From contig JALJEE010000800.1 in NCBI GenBank assembly GCA_023231475.1, positions 1 to 52,928 on the forward strand: a DNA stretch of 52,928 nucleotides, given 5' to 3'. This stretch comes from Seison nebaliae (lineage: Eukaryota). Below the pieces are notes generated by a model, which saw nothing but the letters and a program-made list of their open reading frames with translations, searched no databases and had not been told where the DNA came from. The position numbers and the translations under genes are program-made. Positions 52,159 through 52,928 of this stretch are shown here, in pieces (positions within the stretch are counted from its first letter, which is position 1; every line of letters starts with the position of its first letter).

Positions 52159-52744
52159 AAGTAATATTTAGAGATCGTTGAGATTTAATTAAAGATGTAA
52201 AAAAAAAATGATTATGGAAATTTTTTATTGAAAATAAGACAAACTAAAATATTAACAAAACGCAATAATTAAAACGAATATCAATGTAGAAATTCTACAA
52301 TGTGTTCGTTTATCTTTAAACATTGCGTGCCGGATTTGAGTTGAGATTGTGAAAAAACTGCAGTGTTTGAAACAAAAACTTTGTGAAAAATACCAGCAGC
52401 GTGGTTGATTTTAAAATTGGTGCAAAATAACCAAAAATATGACAGTCACAAAGTTTGTGAAGATTTTTCAGATTTCATAGAATTGGAGAAAGAACTAGAA
52501 AATGAAGAAATAATGATGAAAAAGGTTTTTTTTTAAATTTATTTTTATATATTAATTCCATCTTTTTTTTAGATTCATCATTTTTCACTAATTGGGGGGT
52601 CGGATGTCCGAAAGATTATCAAAGAAATATTCAAATTTTAATTATTTTAAACTGTTTTAATTTTTATTACCTATGAATGATGATATTTACATGTTAACAT
52701 TTATTCATATTTATCATTTTAACAAATAATTTTTAGAAATTTAT

Positions 52745-52817
52745 CTCCCCTACCAGACTTCGAACCCACATCCAACAATGAATGGGAAAGCAATTCAAAC
52801 AACTGAGCTAACAAGCC
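52745..52817 (-). pseudogene. tRNA-derived element (tRNA pseudogene or SINE head)
   Basis: The minus strand reads GGCTTGTTAGCTCAGTTG (A-box like)...GGGTTCGAAGTC (B-box like) at tRNA spacing, but the acceptor stem cannot pair. Confidence 0.55.
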
Positions 52818-52928
52818 ATGTTATATAGTTAAGAAATTTTATTAAAAACAATTAAAAACAAAAAAATGAAAAAAAAATATAAAGAAATGAAAAAACGAAA
52901 AAAAAATTAAAAATAAGTCAAATAAATT

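Noticed and set aside
52745..52817. Functional tRNA gene
   Set aside because: A/B boxes are present but the acceptor stem does not pair and no convincing anticodon arm forms.

Overview
AT-rich, gene-dense eukaryotic (animal) genomic DNA with many short introns (mostly 45-70 nt), so the ORF track fragments most genes. Manual splicing gives 12 protein-coding genes: a divergent calcineurin A (-), tailless/NR2E1 (+), mitochondrial ClpX (-), a class-V PLP C-S lyase of the CefD/Egt2/LCD type (+), a UBX-domain protein (-), NDUFAF1/CIA30 (+), a non-classical cadherin (+), a very large junctophilin (+), intronless DGCR8/Pasha (-), a PP4R1-like HEAT protein (+), IFRD (+) and a small secreted single-vWC protein (+). 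An ~11 kb stretch with no recognisable gene precedes junctophilin. The window ends carry repeats: a transposon-like end with subterminal repeats, a decayed LINE RT, a ~180 bp direct repeat, a 59-bp tandem repeat and a tRNA-derived element. The strongest signal is the splice code: 41 of 42 reconstructed introns begin GTT rather than GTA/GTG, with little consensus beyond +3. Other notable items are an LBD-less tailless ending in an eh1-like motif, a calcineurin A lacking the autoinhibitory domain, a ClpX missing its box-II segment, and a 532-codon Met-free extension upstream of junctophilin. The organism cannot be identified from the window alone. Family assignments rest on recalled motifs, not database searches.
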